Below, piece after piece: positions 14,196 to 26,450 of a stretch of DNA of 64,000 bases. Position 1 is the first letter of the stretch; the number at the start of each line of letters is the position of its first letter. The notes beneath the pieces are model-generated. The model searched no databases, was not told where the DNA came from, and saw only the letters and a program-made list of their open reading frames with translations. Origin of the DNA: Lingula anatina (taxonomy: Eukaryota > Animalia > Brachiopoda); contig CM120640.1 of assembly GCA_051362555.1 (NCBI GenBank), forward strand, positions 59,312,788 through 59,376,787, read 5' to 3'. The translations under genes and the position numbers were made by a program.

Positions 14196-16450
14196 CCGCT
14201 TTAAGGCACTATAGTTATTTCAATACAGGGTCACTACGGGAATTTTTGGAATCATTTTCTAACCAAAAACGCACCCCACCCAAGACTCCTCCAATCGGAC
14301 TGGGGGGGGCCAAAAACTAATACTCCCCAACCAACCCCAAAAACCAAAAAACAACCATAAACAAAAAGAAACCCATAAAGCAACCAACCCAGAAGACCAA
14401 CAAGGCACAACGACCCGGAGCCGGGGGGAAAAAGAACACTCTTCACATAAACCTTTGATATGAACGCAACGGTTCTATTTTATCTTCAGTGATTCGACGG
14501 CACTTAAGTCAGCTGTGTCCCTTTGGAATTACATTCACAACTCCTTCTATTACCAAAGATGGTCATTTGTCAACATTAGCCAACGCACTCATTTCTTACT
14601 CGAGGACAATCATGATTAAATAGATTCTTTTAAACGGGTGTTTTGTCGAACTGTGAATAAAAACATTTAGCAATGTCCTACTGACTTCTCCCAGCCATGG
14701 TGCCTTGGTTTAAGGATGACGATTATGTACAAACGTTTTAGCAGGGGGCGTTCCCATATTAAATTTGCTACATGTACAACCACACCTTGTGATGGCATTG
14801 CCCAAATCCAATGCCATACACTGTGGGACAGCAAAAGAAAAATCTTAACTGAACTCTGTACTCCTGTTCCGGCAAAAATGCTTAGCAAAGACAATGCGCA
14901 GCATGTCATGAACTATGGTGTACTCAACCAGAGATCAAATCCTGTTCTTTCGTAGGCAAGCACTGTATCGTTATGGCCGGTAGCTTACACTTAAGTTGTG
15001 TATGTCTACAGAGTGATTTATATGTCTATTGGTTATTTTTGTGTTTCCGTTTTTTACAATTTCAAATGATACACGGATACATTAATGGTTCGCATCAAAA
15101 GATAGCAAATGGATCGTTTGTAGTACACTATTTAATGTGCTGTGCAGCAGAATTCTAAAGCAATACTGCTACACTTCGCTAAAAGAACGCGCATCTTCAA
15201 CGAGGCGCCCGATCATATATTTTGTTATCTTACTACTAATTAATAGATTACTTGAATACTGTATGATACATTATTATTTAAGTTTTCGTTAAAGTCACTT
15301 TTGTTTCAGAAGGATATATCCCAGACACATCTTTCTCTTTAACTTCTCCAATTCTATCCGTGGATTTCAAAGCTAACAAAACAGTAGCTCCTGTTACGGT
15401 TTATTATAAGGAGCGGTGTATGACGAAGGCACTTAATCTTTAACTAAATGGAACATAAGTACATTCGTGTTCTTATATAGCGTCTAAAGCCTAAACCCAG
15501 TAAACCATTACAGCGACCGCACTATCAAATCGATCGTGATTCACTTCGTTTGAGATAATCGAGAACGTTGTAGTAGGAGCACTTCAATCTATTGATATTA
15601 GTACTGCTTGCCAAGAATAAGGTTTGCTGATATTTAAACTTTGCTTCCTTGTGGTAAGAAGATAGAGAACAGAATATCACATAATTGGAATGACGTATTA
15701 ATAACATGGCAAACGACTATAATATCCTGTAACACAACCACTCAGCTTTAATAATACGTGACATTAACTGTATCAAGCCTAATGAACGCCTTCGGGGTTG
15801 TGTTGATGGATAAATGCTGCGATATTCTTTAGACTTAACCCCTAAGATTTGCTTCGAGCCCTGAAATACAGGAGTTGCCCAAAAAAATTGCATGGAATGC
15901 GATTTTGTAAAACCGAGAATGTCAAATGAAAACTTGTAGATCAGATATAAAGAACATCACGCCTATTAGATAACAGTTTGCATACCAAAATATAAAGGAA
16001 TTATCAATATATCTTGTACACTGTTCAATATAATTTTTTTCGATAAGAAACACGAAATGGTATCATAATTTAGTTGTGGTCAAACAGACGTAGATGGGTT
16101 TTGTTTACCACTAAAGCGCACCACTAAAGTCATAATCATGTAAAGACAGCAGGGGTGATTTTTGTTAAAATAAATCAAATTCGAGATCACGCACGGAGGT
16201 TAACAGCTGGCATTGAAATTTGGTAGGACAACCAAAGATGAGTAAATGGTCTGGAAATGGCTTTCTTGATGCCGTTTTTGAACTAATGAATCAATAACAT
16301 GAAGTTGGCAATGAAAAATATCGATAGCGCGATCAAGAGCCTTTTCGTGGATAATTTCGCAATATGAATTTGCCCCATTGCCTTAAGATATTATAAATAT
16401 CATCATATACATATCATTGAAATAACTCACATAAAGCTAATCTGTCTTAC

Positions 16451-17501
16451 CTAATGGTAACACAAAGAAGAATGGAAACCAGCAGAGAATGAAAACCCCT
16501 ACGACAATTCCAAGCGTCTTGGCCGCCTTTTTCTCTCGCCTAAACTTCGCTATCTTCCCCAGTAGGGTGTGTCTGCTGTGTTGTCGCCTACCGAATTCGA
16601 AAGGCTGGTTTCGACTACTAACACTGGAAGTTCTACTCCTACTGTCAGTGTCCTTTGTTTCCCGCCAGGCATGACTGTGGTGGTTACTGTTAGGATGGGT
16701 TATCATGGAACCATTTTTGTGCGGGGAGTCACATACTTTTGTCTCGGCACCTTGCTTGCTCCGTACATGTACGCGCAAAATAACATCTTTACTTTCGTCT
16801 CCGTTGTCGTCTGTTGACGAGCCTTTATATCGTTTGTACCCTGTTGATAGAAATGTTGACTGTCTGATCGCTGCCTTATAAATCTTATAGTAAACACCGA
16901 CTATAATCACCATGGGGATGTAAAAAGAGCCTGAGACGGAGAAAATGACGTATCCAGTTTGAGTAGTAACTGTACAAACACGTTCGTCCGGATCCGCCGG
17001 TTCTTTCCATCCTATTAAAGGTCCGAGAGATATCACCAACGACAGCAACCAAACAAGAACCACTATCAATGCCGCCCGTCGTTCTGTTATTATATAACAG
17101 TGTTGTAAAGGTTTTGACACTCCAATGTATCTGTCCACGCTTATGACACACAATGTCATTATGGAAGCAGTACAACACAACACGTCAACAGCCGCCCATA
17201 TATCACAGATTGCCCGTCCAAATGCCCAGTAATTAAGTATTTCCAAGCTGGCCGAAAAAGGCAGGACAGCGATGCCTAAGAGAAGATCCGCCAAAGCAAG
17301 ATTCATTATGAAATAATTGGTGGCACTTCGTAAATGTGAATTCAACGCGACGGCCAGTAACACTAAGACGTTCCCAGATATCGTCATTGTGACGATAAGG
17401 CACAGGCACAGGCCAACCAAGGTAGCATACTCAATGTCCACTGTTACTGTCTCGTTATAGACATCTGAAACATTTCCAACTGAGCCGGTAAAAATCTCCA
17501 T
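16451..17501 (-). CDS. ADRA1: Alpha-1 adrenergic-like GPCR, coding exon 1 (N-terminus, TM1-TM6, long ICL3)
   Basis: ORF contains GNVLV, NLALADLL, WAAVDVLCCTASI (Asp3.32), DRY, FSVSGSFY (Ser5.42/Ser5.46) and KFRREKKAAKTLGIVVGVFILCWFPFFFVLPL, close to vertebrate ADRA1 TM segments. Donor TTAG|GTAAGA at 16451/16450; 1051 nt, phase 1. Confidence 0.93.
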
Positions 17502-17751
17502 TGCATCCTTGGAATAGTCAAGAAACAGGAATATAATATCAATTAAATGTTACAACACAGTCCGTAGGAACTTCACCTCTGCCATGTAAAAGGAACGATT
17601 CCTTAAGGTGTTTCTGTGTCTTTTGTAAATGATGAAGTAGGACCTATGCTGCGAGTTACGTCTTGAACATAGATTCCCTTCCACGCGATTGGATTGCGCA
17701 GTATACGGCGAAGTGTAAAACACATTCAGCCGCTCGTTTTATTGGCCTCAC
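17502..17751 (-). other. Predicted 5'UTR part of the first coding exon
   Basis: Strong acceptor TTTTTAAATTTCCTGTTTTCCAG at 17753-17752, 250 nt upstream of the ATG; implies an upstream non-coding exon. Confidence 0.65.
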
Positions 17752-20700
17752 CTGGAAAACAGGAAATTTAAAAAGGTCAAATTAAAGCCTGACCACACAT
17801 GACTAGAAATACACATTGGCTGACTTTGTAAGTTTTCCTCTTATTTTGCTCAAGTGGCGACATAAACGTCATTGAGGCAAAGAACCCATATGTCTAGTAG
17901 AAAATCAGGAACACAACAATATCTTCAGACGGAATGAAATTGTAGAGGACTGTTATCAAAGTGATGCGCTGCTGTTTATTTATTCATTTATTACAGGGCA
18001 TAAGATCAATTCAAGAGCAGCATATGTTTCGGAATATTCCATTCCTTTTTTGAATATCAAAATAGGTTTCGAAATAGCAGGCTGTATTGGTAAAATAGTA
18101 AACAAATATAATCTCACGTTCTTCGGGTATTTTAGAAGAGATATTTACTTAAAAGTCATTACATTGTATCTTAGTCTTAACTGGTGAAAAACGTGGGTTT
18201 TCTAATGGGTTATTTTATGACCATTTCGTCATAAAAAACCAACCCTACGTCTCGACATACGGTTGGTATGTTGCATACATCATGAACGCTGTCAAAACGA
18301 GTATATGACTGAATTTTAATAAAAGCTGGTGAAAACACAGTTTAAATACATTGAAAATAAAATACCCATTCAAAATTATCTCGTTTTCACTGCAAAGTAA
18401 ACTATTTGTGGTAACAGTCTCTCGACAGATAGATATCTTTGACGGATTGAATGATTGGTTTATCGCTTCCAACATATTAAAAACAAGTCTTTGTAGAAGA
18501 GACAGTTGTCCATTGGAAGTGATATACATGCCCTGAAAGAAAGCAAACATATTACACAAGTCAAAACACTAACGACATATTCGACAACTCAAAACGACCG
18601 ATAAAGATGTCACAAAAGTACACACTGGACACACATTTATGAACAAATGACAGCATAGTTGAACCAGGAAACTCTGTTTCACCCGGTGGACACTTGGAAA
18701 AGGTGGGTACGAGTATTTGATTTGTTCAATGCTAAGTCAAATTTATATCTTCGATTCAATGTGTAATATCATTATAATGGGTTTCGAGTGAATTCCTATG
18801 AACCTTTGCAATAACAATGTCAAATATGCATCATAAGGTTATGGATATGTGTTATTTTTATGTTACAAGCCAATAGAAACATTAGACGAACTGCGACAAG
18901 CTAGTTATATTACGTGTACGCGCGCCCCTGCATGTACATACAAACACACATGGATGAATACACATATGCCTTTATGTTGGATCACACTATCAAAGTGCCC
19001 ACCCACCTTGAACTCGTGTCTATTATAACATGTTTTCTCAACTCAAGTTCAGTTTATAATACAGTGTTATCTCTAAATATTAGATCAAGATGTAGAATCA
19101 AGGGTTGTTCATTTACTAAATGTTCAGTCAACTTACTTGGGTAATCCATCACGCGACTCAGATCAGCTAATAACGATGCCTGGTAGATACTCGCAAAAAA
19201 ACGAAGGATGATACAGCCGTAAAGTACGAGAAGCACTGTGCATCAGAACCCAACGTCCCAGCCCCCTCCCCCCAACCCCACTTAACTGCGACCGCCTCCA
19301 TTTTCCAATGATTTACGAAAGCGTCCTGTTTCCTAGGTGAAGTATTTAGGTGCTAAGTCGCCATTCACGTGACCAAGGTTCATAAATGGTGGATTGAAAC
19401 GTCTGTAAGAGAAGTACTGTTTTATCAGTAGTCTGAGTGTATATATGCAAGAAATTGCAGAAGATTGTGTTACTATTGTTTTTTTTTTCTAAAATTATAA
19501 TAATAATTCATCAACTTCAATTTGAGAACAATCTTAATAGTCTTATCCTCACAACGAATCAATGGCCATTTTGTCATGACTGCAAATGGATATTTCCGAT
19601 TACCATACCTAAGGGAAAAGTAGCAAACTGAATTTTGCCAAATAAGGGAAATGAACTTTTTCCGTCATACGTAAAAGAGATGTTGGTCCTCTCTTAATTG
19701 GATTTATAAGAGGTTATGCAGAGATTTCTACAAAATAAGTATCAAATACAGCCAAAGTTTTCTTAATTTGACCCGGTCAAACACAGCTTTATTTATGACA
19801 TTGTTTGAATTATTGCTACGATGTCTGTCATGTCTGAAAATACTGCAAAATAGCACATACTACATATAATCATCTATACCATAAATACGAAATTCACCTT
19901 TCGACAATCACCTGTCTTTGGTAGTCGATGAATAATGCAATTTGTAATGTTGAAATTTGTTGAAATTCAGTAGGCCTACCACGCACTCAGCGGGATTGCA
20001 AAGGGAAGAAACGGCCATATAGATGCACAGGTTTCCAAAACTAGCCAGTGAAGTGTACTTGAAGAAGCAGAACGCAGAATCGATTGCGTAATTAGGCGAA
20101 AACCCCTAAATTCTGTGTTGCTCATCACCCATGATATTTTTTTAGAAACGTGTTCATGTGAACTGACATCAACAGATATAAGTTTTAACTTGTATGCCGC
20201 AGGCTTCTCGATTAGAGACAGACAACTGTAAAATAATAAGAGCACGCGCCTAAGGGGTTTCTGCCCAGCCAAAACACGGACATCAGATGTACAGTAGCCA
20301 CATTCATACTGACTGTTTACTCGTTAACTGCCCCACCAGATTGACGTTGACGCCGATTGCTTACTTGTGTTTGATGAACAGTGCTAAAGGGAGGTCGCCT
20401 TGATTCCAGTTCTTACGTTTCTGTGCATGTCCTTATAAAGTATCACAAAACAACAATTGTGATAGCTTGTAAGACGTTTTTAAGTATTGTTCAAAGTTCT
20501 TTTTTTATCGAAAGATAAAATTGCACACCGGTATCAGCCTTTACACTTGTTCATTGCATAGCATGCACGGTCCTGTAAACATATATCCGCTTATAACTAA
20601 CAGCTTGAAAAAGATTCCTCCCGAAAAGTACATAAATAAACCATGTTATAAATTAATGAATAAATAAGATCAATAAATTAGAAAATAAGATACAAGTAAA

Positions 20701-23700
20701 AGAAATAAAACCAAAAAAAGAGACAATTCAAAGGTATAATATTCGCGTTTGAAAATGTTCAAGTCATATTTTCCATGCCTATACATATCCTTCTGAAATG
20801 TACTGGAAGACAAGGGTAGTCATTTAGAACCGAATTATTTGATAAGAAATGGTTTAAGACAGCAAACCCAAGTGCAGGGACTGGTCAAGCATAGATTTGT
20901 GAATAGGATGGGTTGGAAAGAATTGTTAAATTTCTAGGAAAACTCGATTTGGCGTGAAAATCCAAAATAGAATACTTGTAAGGTCTCCTACAGAACTTTT
21001 TAAAGCAGAAGTACGAACAAATTGGAAATGAAATAAAACTTGTGTCCTTTTCATGCAATGGTCATTGAAAACGATTTTTACGTCTAACAGTCTACAACTG
21101 TGAGAACTTAAACGTTTTATTATTGACACATAACCGCATAGCGCAAAGAGAGCCAATAACAATGTTTCAAGGTCTTTGCTGGTGCCAGAAAGTGCTTATT
21201 CAAAGAGAACGCCAATGTGTATGCATATACGAAAAAGCCTTTTTAGACTTCGCACCCTATATTCAGATTGATCTTTCTGTAATGATTCTGAGAATTGTTT
21301 TCACTAATGAAGAAATGTTTCCTTATCTACTTGTGCTGTGAACTGTAAAAGGCATAGTTCTATCTGGCAACGGCCAACTAGAAAAGTTCAAACTAGTCAT
21401 GAAGTTCATTACTTAAGATTAAGCCCTTGTTACACCGGGGGTGAGGACCGCTTGAAGATCTAATTATTACCCACTCTCATAAACACAGGTTGCGTTCAAC
21501 AGAACGGACCACATTCTATAAAGGACCTATAAAATCTTTGCCAGTAGGGCTGATGCCATGTTGTTTGTAGCAACAGGTTTCCTAATTTCTGTAGTTTTCA
21601 GAAATATATGGGTTGTATACATGTATAGTTTCCAAACAGGTAATAAATGGCGTTTACATTCTGGGGTTACATTTTTCTCTGGGACAGCCCTTATGAGAGA
21701 AAAAGGCTGCACCATTTTAAGTTTATTAACACTGGTTATGGCTTTCATGTATCAAAAATGTCAAAAACCAAACATCGCAGGGGTGACAGTGGGCAAAAAT
21801 GTGTGCCCTAAGAGGGCAAGCTCATAGTAACAGGGGCTTTACCCCTTAAATATTTTTCACAATAATCGCTGAGACTACTAACTGGATTCCAAGTTGAATG
21901 TCTCATTTCCAGGAACAATTAACAGATCTCATTAGCCTATTGGACGTAAAAGAACTGATCGGATTGAAACATCAGTAGTTGTTTTTAAGTGTCGTTACTT
22001 CGCTTTCGTCACACCTGGCGTTGATACATTCCAGACTGTGGGTTTTATTTATACCAAGGGTACCTAGGGCATCGCAACTTAACACCACTGTTTGGTAAAA
22101 CTTGACTTAAAAAAGGGAAACATTGGAACATGTTATTTAACGCCAGTCGATTGAAAATGATCAACATGCACTGACTCATGGATAACAATTGGGTCTTCAA
22201 CTTTGGTTGAATAAGACAGCTATATATTTGCTCCTGGTAAACAGAAACCCTTCGAGTAGGTGACTTGGTCTTCTATTTATCATTACTGTGTTCTGCCCAT
22301 CAAAAGCGTTGTGCGCAGAAGTAATGATTGAAAAGTGTGAATGATTCATTCAAAACCAGGACTTTACGTTAAGGAGATTGGGGGGGGGGGGGGGGGGGAG
22401 GTAGGCGAAATACAGTTAAAATATCAGGTACAGCATTAACATGAAATCTTTTCGTAAATCGAAATGCACTTTATAATTGGTTTATAATATCGTGTAATGC
22501 CTCTTGAGCATCAGGGGATTTAGTTTCAAATGTTACTTACCACAAAATCATTTCGCTTCTCTTTAGCTTCATGCATTTGTAACCCCAATTCCCTCATTTA
22601 GAAAATCGCATAGCGCATTTGGTACTCGGTATTAAACCTGAGGCATTAACCTATGTGATCCCGTGCATTTTTCTTTGAACCACCCAAGTTCTGTACCGCG
22701 TAAACAAATGCCACGCCAGCTTCTAAGAGACCTAATAATCCAATCATCTTATTTCAGAAAAAAATTCCAAGATTTTATCGGGTGACAGGTTACAAAGAGT
22801 TGCGCTAGATCACAAGTTCGCTTGACGGACACAAGTCCAAAATGACTCAGTAGTACAGCCCAGACGATTCAAAACATCTGCATCTCAAATCTAATTAAAG
22901 CTTGCAAAATGTTTTTTTTAATTTGCTATTTTCAGCAGCAGATCATGGAAATTACGAAGCTTATCTCTGATTACCGGTGCATTGGTCGTTTAATTTAGGC
23001 GCATCACCGTGCCAAAATACGAGCTGCACATTGTAATTCCTTCTTTTGAAACCGTTCTCAATGGACTGAATTAACATCAAACTCATCTTCTGCCATTGAT
23101 TCAAAGACATATCAAAAAGATATCGAGAAAAATATTGGGCGATTGCCGTTTGACTTTCTTGCGTCTTTATAGGAGAGAAAATGACAGCTATTTGAATTTA
23201 GAATGATGAGTGATAGTACCCAGCTGCAAAAATGAAAACAAGTTGCAAAACCTACTATTACGGCATGCTCCTTATTTGTTATTGATTAAACGATATCTTA
23301 AAATGAGTGACATGATTATTGCAACTGTTGGGTGTCATTTCTTGAATTCATTATCTAAACAGCTTCATCGACAAAAAAAATGGATACGTTAACGTTTGAA
23401 TGCGTCAGAATAATTTTTTGGTCTATACAATTGTTTCAAGAAGGAAAATTAATATAAAATATCGATATCAAATTAAAACTCCGTTTAAAGTAGGCACGGG
23501 AAGTTTAAATACATTCACATTCGAGGGATAATCCTCGATTTAGTCTGTCTAAAGGATACATTTGGTATGTCACTTTGAAACAAAGTAGGTATTAAATTAA
23601 TTTTGAATATTCAAGACTAATGAAATGTAAAAAGTAAAAGGGAGATCACCTTAGGAAACCATAGTTACCATTAATGTGTTCAACGTAGGTGTAATCCTCC

Positions 23701-26039
23701 TCCATAGGTCTCCAGATAAATGGTTCAATAGATAAATGCTTTATTTCTAAATAGCTTCTAATAATCTCTTTATGTTATATATGCACTGGTTAAATTCTGA
23801 AATCAGTTAGACCAAAGTGATTTATATGCCATTGTGCCACAAAACAGAATTAAAGTCTAATGTTGAAGAGTGTCAGGGATTTCATATACCCTAACTCGAT
23901 TTCTTGGCAAAGAGATGAGACACTCGTTTATTTTAGAAACCAACATCAAATGTGATTTCATAAACAAAAGGGGCATTCTTATGCTTTCTTTTTAGGATAT
24001 TTGCAGGGGGGGGGGGGGTCAAAGTTTACTTTGTGGTTACAAAACTCGATGCTATTCCGCAAATTCTGTGATTTTTCAATTTACGTTTACAACAGTCAGT
24101 ATGTGATACTACTGTTACATTAACCTTAAAAAGGCAATTAACAGTCAAATGTAGATTTTATGACGAGCTGTAAAATGGCAAAAAGTTCCGTTTTTGGGGA
24201 CATTATCAAAATGATTTTCTGTTCATTCTAATAGATGCAATTATATGGGATCAACCAAGTCTGCTGTACCTATTGACTTATAGTTCGCATAAAATGTCCT
24301 TTTAACAATGTTACAGTTGTAGATACATGTGTACAATGTAAAGACAAATTATTCTTACCTCGTACTGTAGGGTGCTTCTTTTTCAATGCATCTTTCTACA
24401 TTGTTTATACCTGCCAACATGATACAGAAACACATTTTTATCATTCATGAAAATGAATAAAGCACGCAAAAGAGGTTAAAGAGGTGACACGAGGCATATG
24501 AATCAAAGTGAATAATTGAAAAACACTTGTTGGCACTAGCCTAGAAGGGGCATTGGTCCAGTCCTGCTCTTTCTCAGTGGTAACCACTGTAAACGTACTT
24601 AACATTGGCCATGGAATAACATAATGTTACATTAAGGTCATTTAGGTGGCATTTACGTGCCTCTCTAGACCTTGGAGTTGCCCAAGAAACACGAAGGACT
24701 TTGGTAATAATCTGACAATATTGGCTACCATATGGCTAAGTCGCGGTCAAACCTTCAGTCCGTGAAGTGTTATGGATGATTCTTGACTCAAGTCCTATAG
24801 CACAGTATGGCAATTAAATCAGATACTTTTAGCTATTTGAATGAGCATAAATGCATATTCACTGGCGGCCATATCAAATTTCTCTGAACCGAAATCCTCG
24901 AGGCAGCTTTGCACGTGTCCGAAACACTACTAAAGTACAATGCAATCCCGACTGAATACTTCTGCTGGGTTAGAGTCGGTTCTAAAAAAAGTGTGCACAG
25001 TAAAAGAGGTACTTTACTTCTCAAACCATTTTATATTTTACACATACAGTGTTTGTATCTTAAAGGTATGTTATATTCTTTTCAAATGTTCATAATTAAA
25101 ATTTAACTCGATGTAAAAATGTACTTACAACCCTACTCTCGACTTAGAACATCTGTTAAAAAAATTACAAAAATAAAGCTGCTGGGCATTTTTGGCATGG
25201 AAATTCGCCAACAAAATTAAGACACCAAGAAATTTGTCTACGGCCACACTGAAATCCGCAGCACATTATCTACATGTATGCAACTTATCAAAAGTTGGTA
25301 ACGCAGCGAAACCTTAATTGAGATTCTATGACATTTCGGTTGCCCCCAATAAGTAAAACCTTTGCAGACATTCCAACAATGACTAATAGAGAAAAGTGGA
25401 GTTTCCTTTATGTAAAAAAGTTGTCCACTTTTTTTTTTGGTCGAATGTGTTTTATTCATAGCTTGCCTAATGTACAGCGTTGGTGAACTTGTAGTGACTG
25501 TCGCATTTAATTTTAGATATTCCAAAATTTCTACTGCACATCTGATGCAGATGAGTCATAGATTTAGAAAAACCAAATAAGAAAAAACTGTATGCATCTA
25601 TAAATGTAAGATATCAAATACCCTTTTTACAAATTTACATACATTCTGCCTTGCCTCCAAAGAAATCAGTTATTTCTACTTGTAGTCTGCGTCTACACAT
25701 GAATTGTAATTCTAATTTAATTTTAATTAAAAATGAGCTTTTTGGACAATCCTTTCTTTGAACTGTTTCAACTGTCCACATTTTGAATAAATTACTTAAA
25801 AACATCAAACATAAACGAGAAATTCATTCTACAGTACGAAGTGAAAAGGCTCCGATTTCTAAATGAGATAAATTCCTAGTCTATCAAAGGGTCCTTTAAG
25901 GCCACAGACTAATAACAGGCATCCAAACAGCTATCCCCAGAGATGTTCACACTTAGGGGCACGAATGTTCAGTACAGTTTAAGGACTCATGCAATATCAT
26001 GATATAGCAGATTGCAGACGTCCTCAGCCAGAGTGACGG

Positions 26040-26450
26040 GAAAAGGTCCCTTTGGAACTGTAGACCCTTCCTCATCACTCTGTATTGGTGACATTCGTCC
26101 CATATACATTTTGTTACCCCAATTCTTCGGTTGGCCTTTACCTTATTGAATATATGGGGCCTCCAGCCCGCATTCTATTCCTAGGGCTAGCATTCCTGTT
26201 TTACCGATCTTACTTTTTTAAAAACATTTTATGTTCACATAGCAAAGGGACTGACTACATGTAGAAACTTACGCAGTAGCTGTTTGAGTTTCAGAGCTCC
26301 TGTCCTTGCACTTGTTCATTCAATTTCCTATATGCACAGTGTATAACTCTGGCAGCTTAACCCAACACCAATCTTACCTATGCTCTCACAGATGAAAAGA
26401 GGAATACCACGTACACTTCCGCCTGGAATAAGTCCCTCAATGTCCCATAA
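26040..26450 (+). mobile_element. Possible highly decayed Gypsy-type pol relic
   Basis: Motif-like fragments in expected order (PFG, IGDI, IEYMG, APVLA, LSQ), but spacing is compressed and frames are broken. Confidence 0.25.

Larger units (their letters stand above)
2689..16450 (-). other. GT-AG intron (13,762 nt) between the two coding exons
   Basis: Canonical GTAAGA donor and pyrimidine-tract CAG acceptor; splicing restores an intact 7TM frame. Confidence 0.9.

Noticed and set aside
16489-16817. Antisense ORFs overlapping exon 1
   Set aside because: Short shadow frames of the GPCR CDS with no independent features.
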